Shown one piece after another: positions 40,590-50,555 of a stretch of 64,000 bases of DNA (positions are counted from its first letter, which is position 1; every line of letters begins with the position of its first letter). A program made the translations under genes and the position numbers. Origin of the DNA: an uncultured Actinomycetota bacterium. GTDB lineage: Bacteria > Actinomycetota > Actinomycetes > JAHEKZ01. Under the pieces are notes generated by a model. The model saw only the letters and a list, made by a program, of their open reading frames with translations, had not been told where the DNA came from and ran no database searches. The stretch covers positions 842,244 to 906,243 of the forward strand of contig CAVQYR010000002.1 in the NCBI GenBank assembly GCA_963718235.1. Direction: 5' to 3'.

Positions 40590-41684
40590 ATGCGGGTCGT
40601 CGTCGTCGGAACCGGGGCCATGGGCCTGGCCGCGGCCCGCGTGCTCGCCGAGCGAGGCCACGACGTCGTGGCCGTCGACCAGTTCGGGGTGGGCAACCGG
40701 CTGGCATCGTCGTCTGGGGCGACCCGGGTCTGGCGGCTGGCCGATCCCGACCGGTCGATCGTTCGGCTGTCACAGCGCGGCGTCAGCCTGTGGCGTGACC
40801 TCGAGCGGCGATCCGGCCGCACGGTGCTGCTCGAGCCCGGTCTGCTGTGGCGCGGTGGGCACGCACCGGAGGTGCACACCGCGCTGACCGCGGAGGGAGA
40901 ACCAGCCGAGGTCGTCGGGCTCGCCGAGCAGCAGCGGCTCTTCCCCGAGCTGCGGCCCGACGCCGACCACCCGGTCACCTGGACGCCGCGGGCCGGCGTC
41001 CTGCTCGCCGCCGAGTCGCTGGCCATGCAGGCCGAGCTCTTGGTGCGGGCCGGGGGGATGCTCGTGGCCGGCGAGCGGATCCAGTCGGTGCAGCCCGTGC
41101 CCGGTGGGGGTGTCCAGGTAGTGGGCGGCCGGGCCACCTACGCCGCCGACGTCGCGGTCGTCGCGGCCGGACCCTGGGCCTCGGACTTCATGGGTCCGCT
41201 GGGGGTCGATCTTGCGCTCGAGCCGGTCCTCGAGCAGGTCGGCTACGTGCATGGACCGGAAGGGCCACCGCATCGTCCGTGCGTCGTCCAGGACGCGGCG
41301 TCCCCCAGCGCGCACCCGCTGTACGCGATGCCCAGCCCGGGCAGCGGGTACAAGGTCGGTCTCGACCGTCCACTGCGCGACTGGAGTGCCGCCGACCTCG
41401 AGCGGGCACCGGTCGCCGAGCGCGAACGGGCGATCGAGGAGCTGGTGCGCACGGTCTTCCCTGGCCTGGAGCCACGCCTCACCCGCTCGGAGGTCTGCAG
41501 CTGGACGGGCTCACCGGACGATCGGTTCGTCCTCGACCGGGTCGGCGACGTCGTGATCGGTGCTGGCGACGCGGGTGTCGCGTTCAAGCACAGCCCACTG
41601 ATCGGGGAGATCCTGGCAGACCTGGTCACCGGTGTCCGGCTCGACGCCGACGCCCAGCAGTTCACCCTCGCCCGGTTCGGCTGA
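40590..41684 (+). CDS. FAD-dependent oxidoreductase (monomeric sarcosine oxidase/MTOX-like)
   Basis: GTGAMG, SSSGATRVWR, AAGPW, VCSWTGSPDDRFVLD, AFKHSPLIGE. Confidence 0.85.
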   Translation: MRVVVVGTGAMGLAAARVLAERGHDVVAVDQFGVGNRLASSSGATRVWRLADPDRSIVRLSQRGVSLWRDLERRSGRTVLLEPGLLWRGGHAPEVHTALTAEGEPAEVVGLAEQQRLFPELRPDADHPVTWTPRAGVLLAAESLAMQAELLVRAGGMLVAGERIQSVQPVPGGGVQVVGGRATYAADVAVVAAGPWASDFMGPLGVDLALEPVLEQVGYVHGPEGPPHRPCVVQDAASPSAHPLYAMPSPGSGYKVGLDRPLRDWSAADLERAPVAERERAIEELVRTVFPGLEPRLTRSEVCSWTGSPDDRFVLDRVGDVVIGAGDAGVAFKHSPLIGEILADLVTGVRLDADAQQFTLARFG

Positions 41685-41745
41685 CCGTCGGCCGCCGTCG
41701 CTAGGGTGAGGACGTCCCTTCGAAGCGACCTGTAGGAGCTGTGCC

Positions 41746-42474
41746 GTGCCCGACGAGGCGATGCCGATCGAGTTCCGCAGCGACGTCACCGTCGAGCTCG
41801 TGCGAGCGTCGGCGCAGGACGCCGATGTGCTCTTCGCGGCGCGTGTTTCCACCCAGGGCGAGCAGTCGCTCGACGACGTCGGCGCAGACGCCAGCCGCTC
41901 CCAGGGGCTGATCAACTACCTGATGCGGGACCGGCACGGCTCGCCCTTCGAGCACAACTCGATGACGTTCTACGTGCAGGCGCCGATCTTCGTCTTCCGC
42001 GAGTTCATGCGACACAGGGTGGCCAGTTACAATGAGGAGTCAGGCCGTTACCGTGAGTTAAGGCCGGTGTTCTACGTCCCCGGCCCCGAACGCTTGCTGG
42101 TGCAAGAGGGCAAGCCGGGTCACTACGTGTTCGTCGAGGGCAGCGACGAGCAGCACGCCACGGTCGACCGGGAGACGCGGCGTGCCTGCACCGAGGCATA
42201 CCGGGCTTACCAGGCCATGCTCGATGCCGGCGTCGCCCGCGAGGTTGCCCGCGGTGTGCTCCCAGTGGCGACGTACTCGTCGATGTACGTGACGATGAAC
42301 GCACGGTCGTTGATGAACTTCCTGTCGCTGCGCACCAAACGCGAAGACTCTCGGTTCCCCTCCTACCCCCAGCGGGAGATCGAGATGGTGGCCGAGAAGA
42401 TGGAAGCGGTGTGGGCTGAGCTCATGCCGCTGACCTACGCCGCCTTCGACTCCGGCGGTCGCGTCGCACCTTGA
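41746..42474 (+). CDS. thyX: FAD-dependent thymidylate synthase
   Basis: HGSPFEH, RHRVASYNEESGRY (ThyX motif), NARSLMNFLSLR, QREI. Confidence 0.97.
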   Translation: MPDEAMPIEFRSDVTVELVRASAQDADVLFAARVSTQGEQSLDDVGADASRSQGLINYLMRDRHGSPFEHNSMTFYVQAPIFVFREFMRHRVASYNEESGRYRELRPVFYVPGPERLLVQEGKPGHYVFVEGSDEQHATVDRETRRACTEAYRAYQAMLDAGVAREVARGVLPVATYSSMYVTMNARSLMNFLSLRTKREDSRFPSYPQREIEMVAEKMEAVWAELMPLTYAAFDSGGRVAP

Positions 42475-42534
42475 CCTGCTGCCCCCTTGGGTGGCGAAGG
42501 CGTGACCTCGCCTGCGGGGGATAGCCTGACGACC

Positions 42535-43440
42535 ATGACGCGCACCGCCATGGAGCCCTTCGGTCGGGTGGTGACGGCCATGGTCACTCCCATGCACCCG
42601 GACCTGTCCATCGACCTCGACGGGGCTCAGCGGCTGGCGGTGCACCTGGTCGACGCCGGCAACGACGCCCTGGTCGTCAACGGCACCACGGGGGAGTCGG
42701 CAACGACCACCGACCACGAGCAAGAGCTGCTCGTCCGAGCCGTGGTCGAAGCGGTGGGTGACCGGGCGCTGGTGATCGGCGGCGCATCCAGCAACGACAC
42801 CGTGCATGCGGTCGAACGCGCCCGGATCGCCTACAAGGCCGGGGCCCACGGGCTGCTCGTCGTCACGCCCTACTACAACCGGCCACAGCAGGCGGGGGTC
42901 CAGGCGCACCTCGCATCCGTCGCGGAGGCTACGCCGCTGCCGGTCATGCTCTACGACATCCCCGGTCGCACCGGTGTCGCGATCGAGGTCGAGACCGTCG
43001 TCCGACTGTCGCAGTCGCACCGCCAGATCGTCGCGGTCAAGGACGCCAAGGCCGACTTCGAGTCCGCGTCCTGGGCGATCGCCCGCACCGACCTGGCCTG
43101 GTACTCCGGCGACGACGGACTCACCCTGCCGTTCCTGAGCATCGGGGCTGTGGGTGTGGTCAGCGTCGTGTCCCATGTCGCCACGCGGCCGCTGGTCGCC
43201 ATGGTCGAGGCGTTCCGGGCCGGTCGGGTCGACGAGGCGTCGGAGATCCACCGTCGGCTGATGCCCGTGTTCTCGGGCATGTTCTCCATCCCCGGTGTCG
43301 TGAGCACCAAAGCCGCCCTGGCCCAGCTCGGGTTGCCGTCCGGTCCGGTACGTCCGCCCATGGTCGACGCCACCGAGGTCGAGCTCGCCCAGCTCGTCAT
43401 CGACCTGGCCGACGGTCAGATCGAAGGGTTCCGCGCGTGA
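42535..43440 (+). CDS. dapA: 4-hydroxy-tetrahydrodipicolinate synthase
   Basis: TAMVTP, NGTTGES, VTPYYN, LYDIPGRT, AVKDA, YSGDD. Confidence 0.97.
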   Translation: MTRTAMEPFGRVVTAMVTPMHPDLSIDLDGAQRLAVHLVDAGNDALVVNGTTGESATTTDHEQELLVRAVVEAVGDRALVIGGASSNDTVHAVERARIAYKAGAHGLLVVTPYYNRPQQAGVQAHLASVAEATPLPVMLYDIPGRTGVAIEVETVVRLSQSHRQIVAVKDAKADFESASWAIARTDLAWYSGDDGLTLPFLSIGAVGVVSVVSHVATRPLVAMVEAFRAGRVDEASEIHRRLMPVFSGMFSIPGVVSTKAALAQLGLPSGPVRPPMVDATEVELAQLVIDLADGQIEGFRA

Positions 43441-44037
43441 GCCATCCGCACCCCGAGCTCGAAGGTCCGCCTCCACTCGCCGCCGGTGCGCTGCGCGTCG
43501 TGCCTCTCGGGGGGCTGGGCGAGATCGGTCGCAACATGACGGTCTTCGAGCTCGGGCTCGACGGGTCGGCCACTGACGGTCATCCGCTGCTCATCGTCGA
43601 CGTCGGGGTTCTCTTTCCTGAGGACCACCAGCCCGGAGTCGACCTGATACTTCCCCGACTTCGACTACCTGCGAGGTCGCCTCGACGACGTCGTCGCCAT
43701 CGTGCTGACCCACGGCCACGAGGACCACATCGGGGGTCTCCCCTTCCTCCTGCGGGAGCGGGAGGACATCCCCGTCTACGGGTCGAAGCTGACGCTGGCG
43801 CTGGTCGCCGCGAAGCTGCGTGAGCACCGGCTGAAACCACCGCTCATCGAGGTGGCGGCCGACGAGCGGGTCACCGCCGGTCCCTACGGCCTGGAGTTCG
43901 TCGCGGTCAACCACTCGATCCCCGACGCACTGGCCGTGGCCATCCGCACCCCGACCGGCCAGCTCGTGGTGCACACCGGTGACTTCAAGATGGACCAGCT
44001 GCCGCTCGACCGCCGCCTCACCGACCTGAGGGCGTTC
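43437..44037 (+). CDS. rnj: ribonuclease J, 5' third only (frameshift ~43650; cut at the chimeric junction)
   Basis: PLGGLGEIGRNMT, LTHGHEDHIG, VNHSIPD, HTGDFKMDQLPLD.RLTDLRAF, after which similarity stops abruptly. Confidence 0.92.
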
Positions 44038-44046
44038 GTCACGGTA
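44038..44046. other. junction between actinobacterial and methanogen DNA
   Basis: Abrupt change in GC content and codon usage. rnj (+) and acs (-) are both truncated here. Confidence 0.88.
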
Positions 44047-45524
44047 TCTCCATAGAAGGCTCTGAGCATGGAAGGCCAGGGAGTATTGCTGACGATGTTG
44101 CCTCCTGTGCCGGGCATAACTGGGTTGGCATCTTCATCGAGGATATCGACGTGAATCCGGGCAGTGGGAATGTCGGCGAGCCAGGCTTGAGCGGGGTTAT
44201 GGGCAGGGGAGACACCAGGAATGTTCCGGTCTCGGTCTGCCACCAGGTGTCCATGATCTGGCATTTGTCGGCGCCGAAATGCTTTCTATACCACATCCAG
44301 GCCTCCGGATTAATGGGCTCGCCACAGATCCACAGCCTTATGCTGGAGATGTCGTATTCCTTGGTCCATTTCTCGCCGGCCTTCATGAACATCCTGATGG
44401 CCGTCGGCGCTGTGTAGAAGACGGACACCTTGTTATCCTGGATGATCTTGAACCACCGACCAAAGTCCGGGAAGTCGGGAGCGCCCTCGTACATCATGCT
44501 GGTTGCGCCTAGACAGAGTGGGCCGTAAACTATGTAGGAATGGCCTGTGATCCATCCGATATCAGCCGTGCACCACCATACATCGTTATCCTTTATTCGA
44601 AGACCCAATGCAAAGTCTGAGCCGGTCCCACGCAGTATCCGCCATGGACGTGCTCGATGCCCTTAGGCTTGCCGTGGTGCCCCAAGTGTACAGAATGAAA
44701 AGCCTGTCCTCAGGGTCCATCTTCTCATTCGCACTCCTCAGACTTTCCAGCCACAAGGTCGTGCCAGTAGATATCTCTGCCCTGCTTCATGGGCACTTCA
44801 ATTCCTGTCCTCTTGACCACTATTACGTTCTGCACCGATGGAGTATTGGCTGTGGCCTCGTCAACATTGGGCTTGAGGGGGATAGGCTTGCCGCGCCTGT
44901 ACAGACCATCCGTTGTTATTACCGCTTTGGCCTCGGCATCCAGGATCCTGCTGTTCAAGCCACCGGAGGAAAATCCGGAGAACACAATGCAGTGAATAGC
45001 ACCGATCTTGGCGATGGCTAGCATTGCAATGGGCAGCTGGGGGATCATAGGCATGTACAACATGACTCTGTCTCCCTTCTTCACGCCCAAGCTCTTCAGG
45101 CCGTTGGCGAACTTGTTGACCTCCTTGTAGAGCTGTAGATAAGTGATCTTTTGAGTGGGCTGATCGGTGGGTTCAGGCACGAAAATGTAGGCTACCTTGT
45201 CCTTCTTAGCGCCCAATGCGTGTCTATCTACTGAGTTATAGGCCACGTTGCACTTGCCGCCCAAGAACCACTTGGCATATGGCGGTATCCATTCCAGGGT
45301 TGATCCCCAGGGCTCAAACCAATCGGCATAGGTCTTGGCCATCTCGCCCCAGAACTGGACGTAGTTAGCAGAACACCACAAGCGCAACTCTCTCTCTGTT
45401 TTGAACCCTTTCTCCTTCATCCACTTCATGACATTGGAGTTCTCGACGAGTTCCTTGCTCGGCTCGAATACTCTGTCTCTTCATATAGAACTGATGTTTT
45501 TGCCGTTGCTTTTTGCTCAGCCAT
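44046..45524 (-). CDS. acs: acetate--CoA ligase (AMP-forming acetyl-CoA synthetase), Methanothrix-like; 3'-truncated with several frameshifts
   Basis: [77 protein letters not shown]. Confidence 0.93.
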
Positions 45525-45840
45525 TTTAATCCTCCTTCATAAAATGATGTTTCCAGATTCCCCTCCCCTGTCATTTATGCAGATTTTTGTGGCTAATAGA
45601 TTAAGGACTGGGCCCTAACACACAGGGGGTCTCAGAAACATCATCACGATTGATAATTTTCATCATTAATAAGCTTGGTGGTTTGCAAAACCTTATATAA
45701 AATCAATATTAACAATCAGGAGAGTTTATTTTTAATCGAAGCCTACGTATTTTGGCTGGCCACCTACGGTAATCGAATATCCTTAAAAAATTTATTGATT
45801 TTTTTCTATATTTTACATTAATATACTCAATACGAAGAAC

Positions 45841-47138
45841 CTAGTCGCGATTAAGCGGGGGGGCTGCTCGTGCCGATATATAGAATGGGTTTGATCCCGT
45901 TACCTCGGCTTTAATGGAGGATCCGAGCTTGGGATTGCCCTCAACTACTATTCCCAGATAGTTGGTGGCCCTGGCCTTCATGGTACCTCTCCTGCCGCAC
46001 TCGGTGACCACTGCATCCAGAACCCTGTCCATGTATTCCCTGTTCCTCTTAGCGGCTATCTCCAGCCAGAGCCGGGTCAGCTCTCTCGATCTATCCTTCT
46101 TGATGCGGTCAGGCATGTCATAAAGAAGGGCCGCGGCCGTGCCCGGCCGCCTAGAGAATTTAGTGACATTTACCTTATCCGGTTGCAGGAACTTAATGAA
46201 ATCCAATGTCTCGATGAAATCGAGGTCCGTTTCACCCGGAAATCCTACAATGATATCTGTGACTATTGTGATCTCTGGATAAGCAGATCGAAAGGCATCC
46301 ACAATCTCTGTAAAATCCTTTGCCGAATATCCCCGGCCCATGCTCTTGAGAATTCTGTCCGATCCCGATTGGACAGGGATATGCAAAAATTTGTATATTT
46401 TCGGGCTATGAAATGCTTTTATCAGTTCCTCCTGAAAGGATAGAGCGCTATTAGGATTCATCATGCCCACTCGCAACATGAAGTTTCCCGGGACCTGAAC
46501 CAACCTCTCCAGAAGTTCGGCCAGATTTGTTCCCTGGTCCGATCCGTACGCCGCCGTATCCTGGGCAGAGATTTGCACTTCCACTATCCCACTGGCGGCC
46601 AGCTTTTCCACGTCCTTTATCACTTCATCGGGCTTGCGGCTGACCAGCCTGCCCGGGCCTTTCGAACTATGCAATAGCTGCAGCCTCCGTTGCATCCTTC
46701 AGCCACATTGACAATGCTGCAGAGATCCGGGGCAGGGGAGCGGACGGGGGAAGTAACAGGTGAAGAGACCGGGGAAGAAGGAGTAAGATGCCTGGCGGCA
46801 TGAGAGAAGGAAGGTGAATCCCCAAAGAGATCTGAGATCTTTGCGGCCGCAGATCCATTTAGCGGTCCCAGCCGCTCACGGCATCTTATCTGGCGGATCG
46901 ATTCCGGGAGCGCGGCAGGCAGGCATCCCGCCACCACCAGTCTCTCACTCTGCAGCAATTGAAGTCTTTTCCGGATCTTTCGTTCCGTCCTTTCCGTCAC
47001 AATGCAGGTATTCAGTATAACAACATCCGCCTCTTCCAGAGATGAAGGGATATGGCCCAACTTTTGCAGAGCCTCGGACGTATCCTGCGAGTTGCCGAAA
47101 TTCGCGGTGCAGCCGTAAGTCTCAATATGGAATTTCAT
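45841..47138 (-). CDS. tRNA methylthiotransferase, MiaB/MtaB-like radical SAM (frameshift ~46655)
   Basis: ETYGC, NTC, GC (UPF0004 domain), AEGCNGGCSYC (CxxxCxxC), HIPVQSGS, TDIIVGFPGET, TRAM-like end. Confidence 0.9.
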
Positions 47139-47152
47139 TCTAGAACTCGACG

Positions 47153-48241
47153 CTACTTATTGGCATTGGGATCTTTGCTGCTTTTCACCATGCTCTTCCC
47201 ATATTTGGCCTCAGCTATCTCTTCCTTTCTCACCTGGTAGATTCCTACTATTACCCCCATGATCGCAGGGGCCAGGAAGAAGCCGCCTATACCTGCCACG
47301 AGGGCGCCTCCCAAAAAGGAGAGCAACACCAGCAAAGGATGCAAAGAGGATTTGGCGGAGACCAGATACGGCCTGATGAGCAGCTCTGAAGGTAGGAAGA
47401 TAAGAGCTGAAGCCAGCACAAAGAAGGTCAATGCTTCCCCTAACCCCATTGTGAAATACCTATACGCGGTCACAGGGATGATAACCATCCAGGAGGTGAG
47501 AACTGGGACCATACCGGCCACGAAGACTATGCTTGCCAGGGCAAAAGGCCTGGGCAGTCCAAAGGCATAGAATATGAAAGCCGCGATTAAACTGCCCACG
47601 ATTGAAGTATAGATCGTGCCTATGTAGATCCCGCTCAGGATCCGATCGATGCGATCTATGTACTTTCTATAGGCTTTCATCTCTTCATCCGGAAGCAGAG
47701 ATATTATCGCCTCCACAAACCCTTTGCCATCCATCAGCACAAAGTAGCAGATAGGGATCGAGATGAGGAAGTTCATTATTCCCAAAAAAAACGTTCTTCC
47801 AATTTGAATGACTGGGATTGATGAGGCAAAGGGGGTGATTAAGCCCGCGGCATTCTCCAGGCCGGCGGTCAACAAATCCCTCATCCATGAAGGTAGATCT
47901 ATTGCTGTCTGCTGCATCAGGATGCCAAGCCCTGATCTCATTGCCTCCTGACTGCGGGCCAGAATTGCGATCTGGTTGGCGAGTTCCAGAGTTCCCAGCC
48001 CCAGGATAAGAAATATAGGGACGACTATGCAGATGGCGGCTACCAGTGACCCCAGCCTTCGATGTGAGCCGAATTTATCCCGGATGGGTCTGCCAACATA
48101 AGCGAAGACCGTGCCGAGGATGATGCCGTCCAGGAAAGGAAAGATGAAATAGACAATCATGAGCACTGCAGCCAGGGCTAGGATCAATATCCATCTGTGC
48201 TCCGAACACCATCCACCCAGATCAGAATCTTTATATCGCAC
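47153..48241 (-). CDS. AI-2E (UPF0118) family transporter
   Basis: Multi-TM; IRPYLV...LHPLLVLLSFLGG...GIGGFFLAP. Confidence 0.88.
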   Translation of the reverse strand: MRYKDSDLGGWCSEHRWILILALAAVLMIVYFIFPFLDGIILGTVFAYVGRPIRDKFGSHRRLGSLVAAICIVVPIFLILGLGTLELANQIAILARSQEAMRSGLGILMQQTAIDLPSWMRDLLTAGLENAAGLITPFASSIPVIQIGRTFFLGIMNFLISIPICYFVLMDGKGFVEAIISLLPDEEMKAYRKYIDRIDRILSGIYIGTIYTSIVGSLIAAFIFYAFGLPRPFALASIVFVAGMVPVLTSWMVIIPVTAYRYFTMGLGEALTFFVLASALIFLPSELLIRPYLVSAKSSLHPLLVLLSFLGGALVAGIGGFFLAPAIMGVIVGIYQVRKEEIAEAKYGKSMVKSSKDPNANK

Positions 48242-48346
48242 CAGAAGAGTCCTAGCTTTTCTGATAGATATGAGTAACGCTTATTAAGTCTTGATTAAGT
48301 TTCAAGTATGTTTGGCTCCGTAAGACTGTATGCGCGGAAAGCTAAC

Positions 48347-49459
48347 TTAGCTGCCTGCCAGTGCGATCATCTCCTCCAGTTTCTCCCGGGCCAAACTCGG
48401 GTCCCTGTTTTGCTCCGCCACCCAGGCTTTTAGCTTCTCTATGGGTTTACCACTGTCAATGATGTCCGCAGCCTTATCCATGCCCTCCCTCAGGTCAAGG
48501 GCACGATCCGTGATACAGAGCAATGGAGAGGCATTCAGACATACGATCTCTCTCCTCTGGCCCCTATCAACGCCTGAGAGGATCTGGAGAAGCCTTATCG
48601 CTTCCTCAAATCTATCGCCCTGGTGAAGGATGGAAGGCTCGTCTGCCTTTGCCACACCCAGATCTTTAAGAGTGATGGCATATTCTCTGATCATTCCGTC
48701 TTCGGTCAGCTCTGCCATATGAGTCAGGCCGAGGGTCGAGAGCTCATCCATGCCCCTGGCATCGTCTTCGCTCCGGCCGTGCACGACAAAAGCTTTTTTG
48801 TAGCCTATTTCTCTCATGGCCTGGGCAATCGGCAGGACCATATCTCGGCTATAGACGCCCCGTACTCCATAGACAGGCAGAGCCGGATTGGCGAGAGATC
48901 CGGCGATGTTGAGGATGGTTCCAAATCTGATCTGAGAGAAGATCCTGTAAAGGGCAGAAGGGTGCACTTTTCCGCTCATGCCGTTGAAGATGCCGATGCC
49001 CGCTTTTTCGATGCTTCTCTTAACCAGGCTGACATCGCATTCTACATCGACCCCAAGCGTCTCCAGAATGTCCACTGCGCCGCATCTGGAGGTTATGGCC
49101 CGAGCCCCGTGCTTGGCCATATTTATGCCGTCGGCGGCAGCCACAATCGAGGCGGCGGTGCTGATGTTGAAGGTCTTGATGGTGTCCATGCCTGTGCCGC
49201 AGTTCTCCACCAATGGGCCGTTGACATCAGGGTGAACCTGCACCGTGTCGATTTCGTAGATCGCTTCCCAGATGCCGGCAATCTCCTCGGCGGTAGCACC
49301 TTTGGCGGTTATAGCTGCCAGGAATGCGCCCTGCTGCAGGTCTGGCTGCTCATTATTCAGGATCTGCTTGAACAGATCGTTGGCTTCGCCTCTGGTCAGG
49401 CTCTGGCCTTTTATCAGCGCGTCCACCTTGCTTCCGAAGTACCTCAAATTCTCTTCCAT
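48347..49459 (-). CDS. trpD: anthranilate phosphoribosyltransferase-family protein (divergent TrpD paralog)
   Basis: CGTGMD..KTFNIST, AKHGAR, GMDELS and LNAS motifs of the TrpD fold. Lies outside any trp operon. Confidence 0.82.
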   Translation of the reverse strand: MEENLRYFGSKVDALIKGQSLTRGEANDLFKQILNNEQPDLQQGAFLAAITAKGATAEEIAGIWEAIYEIDTVQVHPDVNGPLVENCGTGMDTIKTFNISTAASIVAAADGINMAKHGARAITSRCGAVDILETLGVDVECDVSLVKRSIEKAGIGIFNGMSGKVHPSALYRIFSQIRFGTILNIAGSLANPALPVYGVRGVYSRDMVLPIAQAMREIGYKKAFVVHGRSEDDARGMDELSTLGLTHMAELTEDGMIREYAITLKDLGVAKADEPSILHQGDRFEEAIRLLQILSGVDRGQRREIVCLNASPLLCITDRALDLREGMDKAADIIDSGKPIEKLKAWVAEQNRDPSLAREKLEEMIALAGS

Positions 49460-49471
49460 CTTCTAATCTCC

Positions 49472-50534
49472 CTAAACCCCAAATAATAGATTTCAGACCA
49501 TGTCTCTGAGAAGAATGACGAAATGCATCCTCAATGCTGGAAAGGGTCGTCCTTTTGGTGATGATCCAGTCCGCCTTTACCTTTCCTGATGTCAGAAATT
49601 CCACTGCCTGTCTATTCTGGCGGCTGCTGCAGCCGTAGGCACCCACAATCATCTGCTCACGGTAGTGCATTGATCGAAGATCTATCGGCTCTTCGTAGTT
49701 TCCCGGACGCGGTCCGAGAAGATGCAGATTCTTCCGCCGGGAGCCAGCAGCTTGATAGGCTGCCGTCCACCTTGACCTCTGGAGTCGCGGTCAGGATGAC
49801 ATCGACTCCCGCTCCGACGATTTCGTTTTGAATTATACTTTCCAGATTATTCGATCGATCCGTCGACTGGTCAATCGACTGGTTAGTAGATTGGTCAATC
49901 ACTCTGGCGCTGGTGTGCTTTTCGATCGCTCGAATGCGTCCTGGCAATTTTTCTACTACCATGACCGACGCGGCTCCCCGAAGTTCTGCCAGGAGGGCGT
50001 GCATAGCGCCAATTGGTCCGCCGCCATAGATCAGGACGACATCTTCTTCTGAGACCCTTGTCAGCTCCTGGCCGTTTATGCAGCAGGCCAGGGGTTCGCT
50101 CAGCGCGGCGAGCGCCGGGTCGACATTTTCAGGCAGCAAGTTCGTGCCTCTGGTCAGGTTAACCCCCGTGCAGGGGCAGTATTCGGCGAAGCCTCCGTCG
50201 CAGTTGAATCCCATGATCTTCATATTCCGGCAGCGGTTGTCTGCCCCTCGCAGGCAGGAGCCGCAGCGTGCGCAGGCGATCCCCGGCCAGACCTGGCACA
50301 GATCGCCTTCTCTAAGCGCAGTCACTATCGATCTCGACAATCCTGCCTACAATCTCGTGCCCCAGGATGCGGGGATAAGCGAGGTCTCTGTGACCCTGCT
50401 GCAGCATCTTGACGTCCGTTCCGCAGACGGCGCAGGCTTCCAGCTTCAGCAGGGCTCCGCCCGGGGGGCACTCTGGGCCCGGGCAGATCCTCCAGCTCCA
50501 TGACTCCCGGGCTCTTCAGAACGGCGGCTTTCAT
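49472..50534 (-). CDS. zinc-dependent dehydrogenase (MDR family, threonine/sorbitol dehydrogenase-like), several frameshifts
   Basis: CGTD, GHE, CARCGSCLRGADNRC, EPLACCING, GGGPIG, IVGAYG across ORF pieces. 3' end approximate. Confidence 0.85.
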
Positions 50535-50555
50535 GCTGATAAATTCATATCCTGA

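Noticed and set aside
1-44037. Many long overlapping or antisense ORFs (e.g. 23619..26606 -, 31448..33523 +, 13484..15622 -)
   Set aside because: Shadow ORFs expected from high GC3 opposite real genes. They carry no recognisable motifs.
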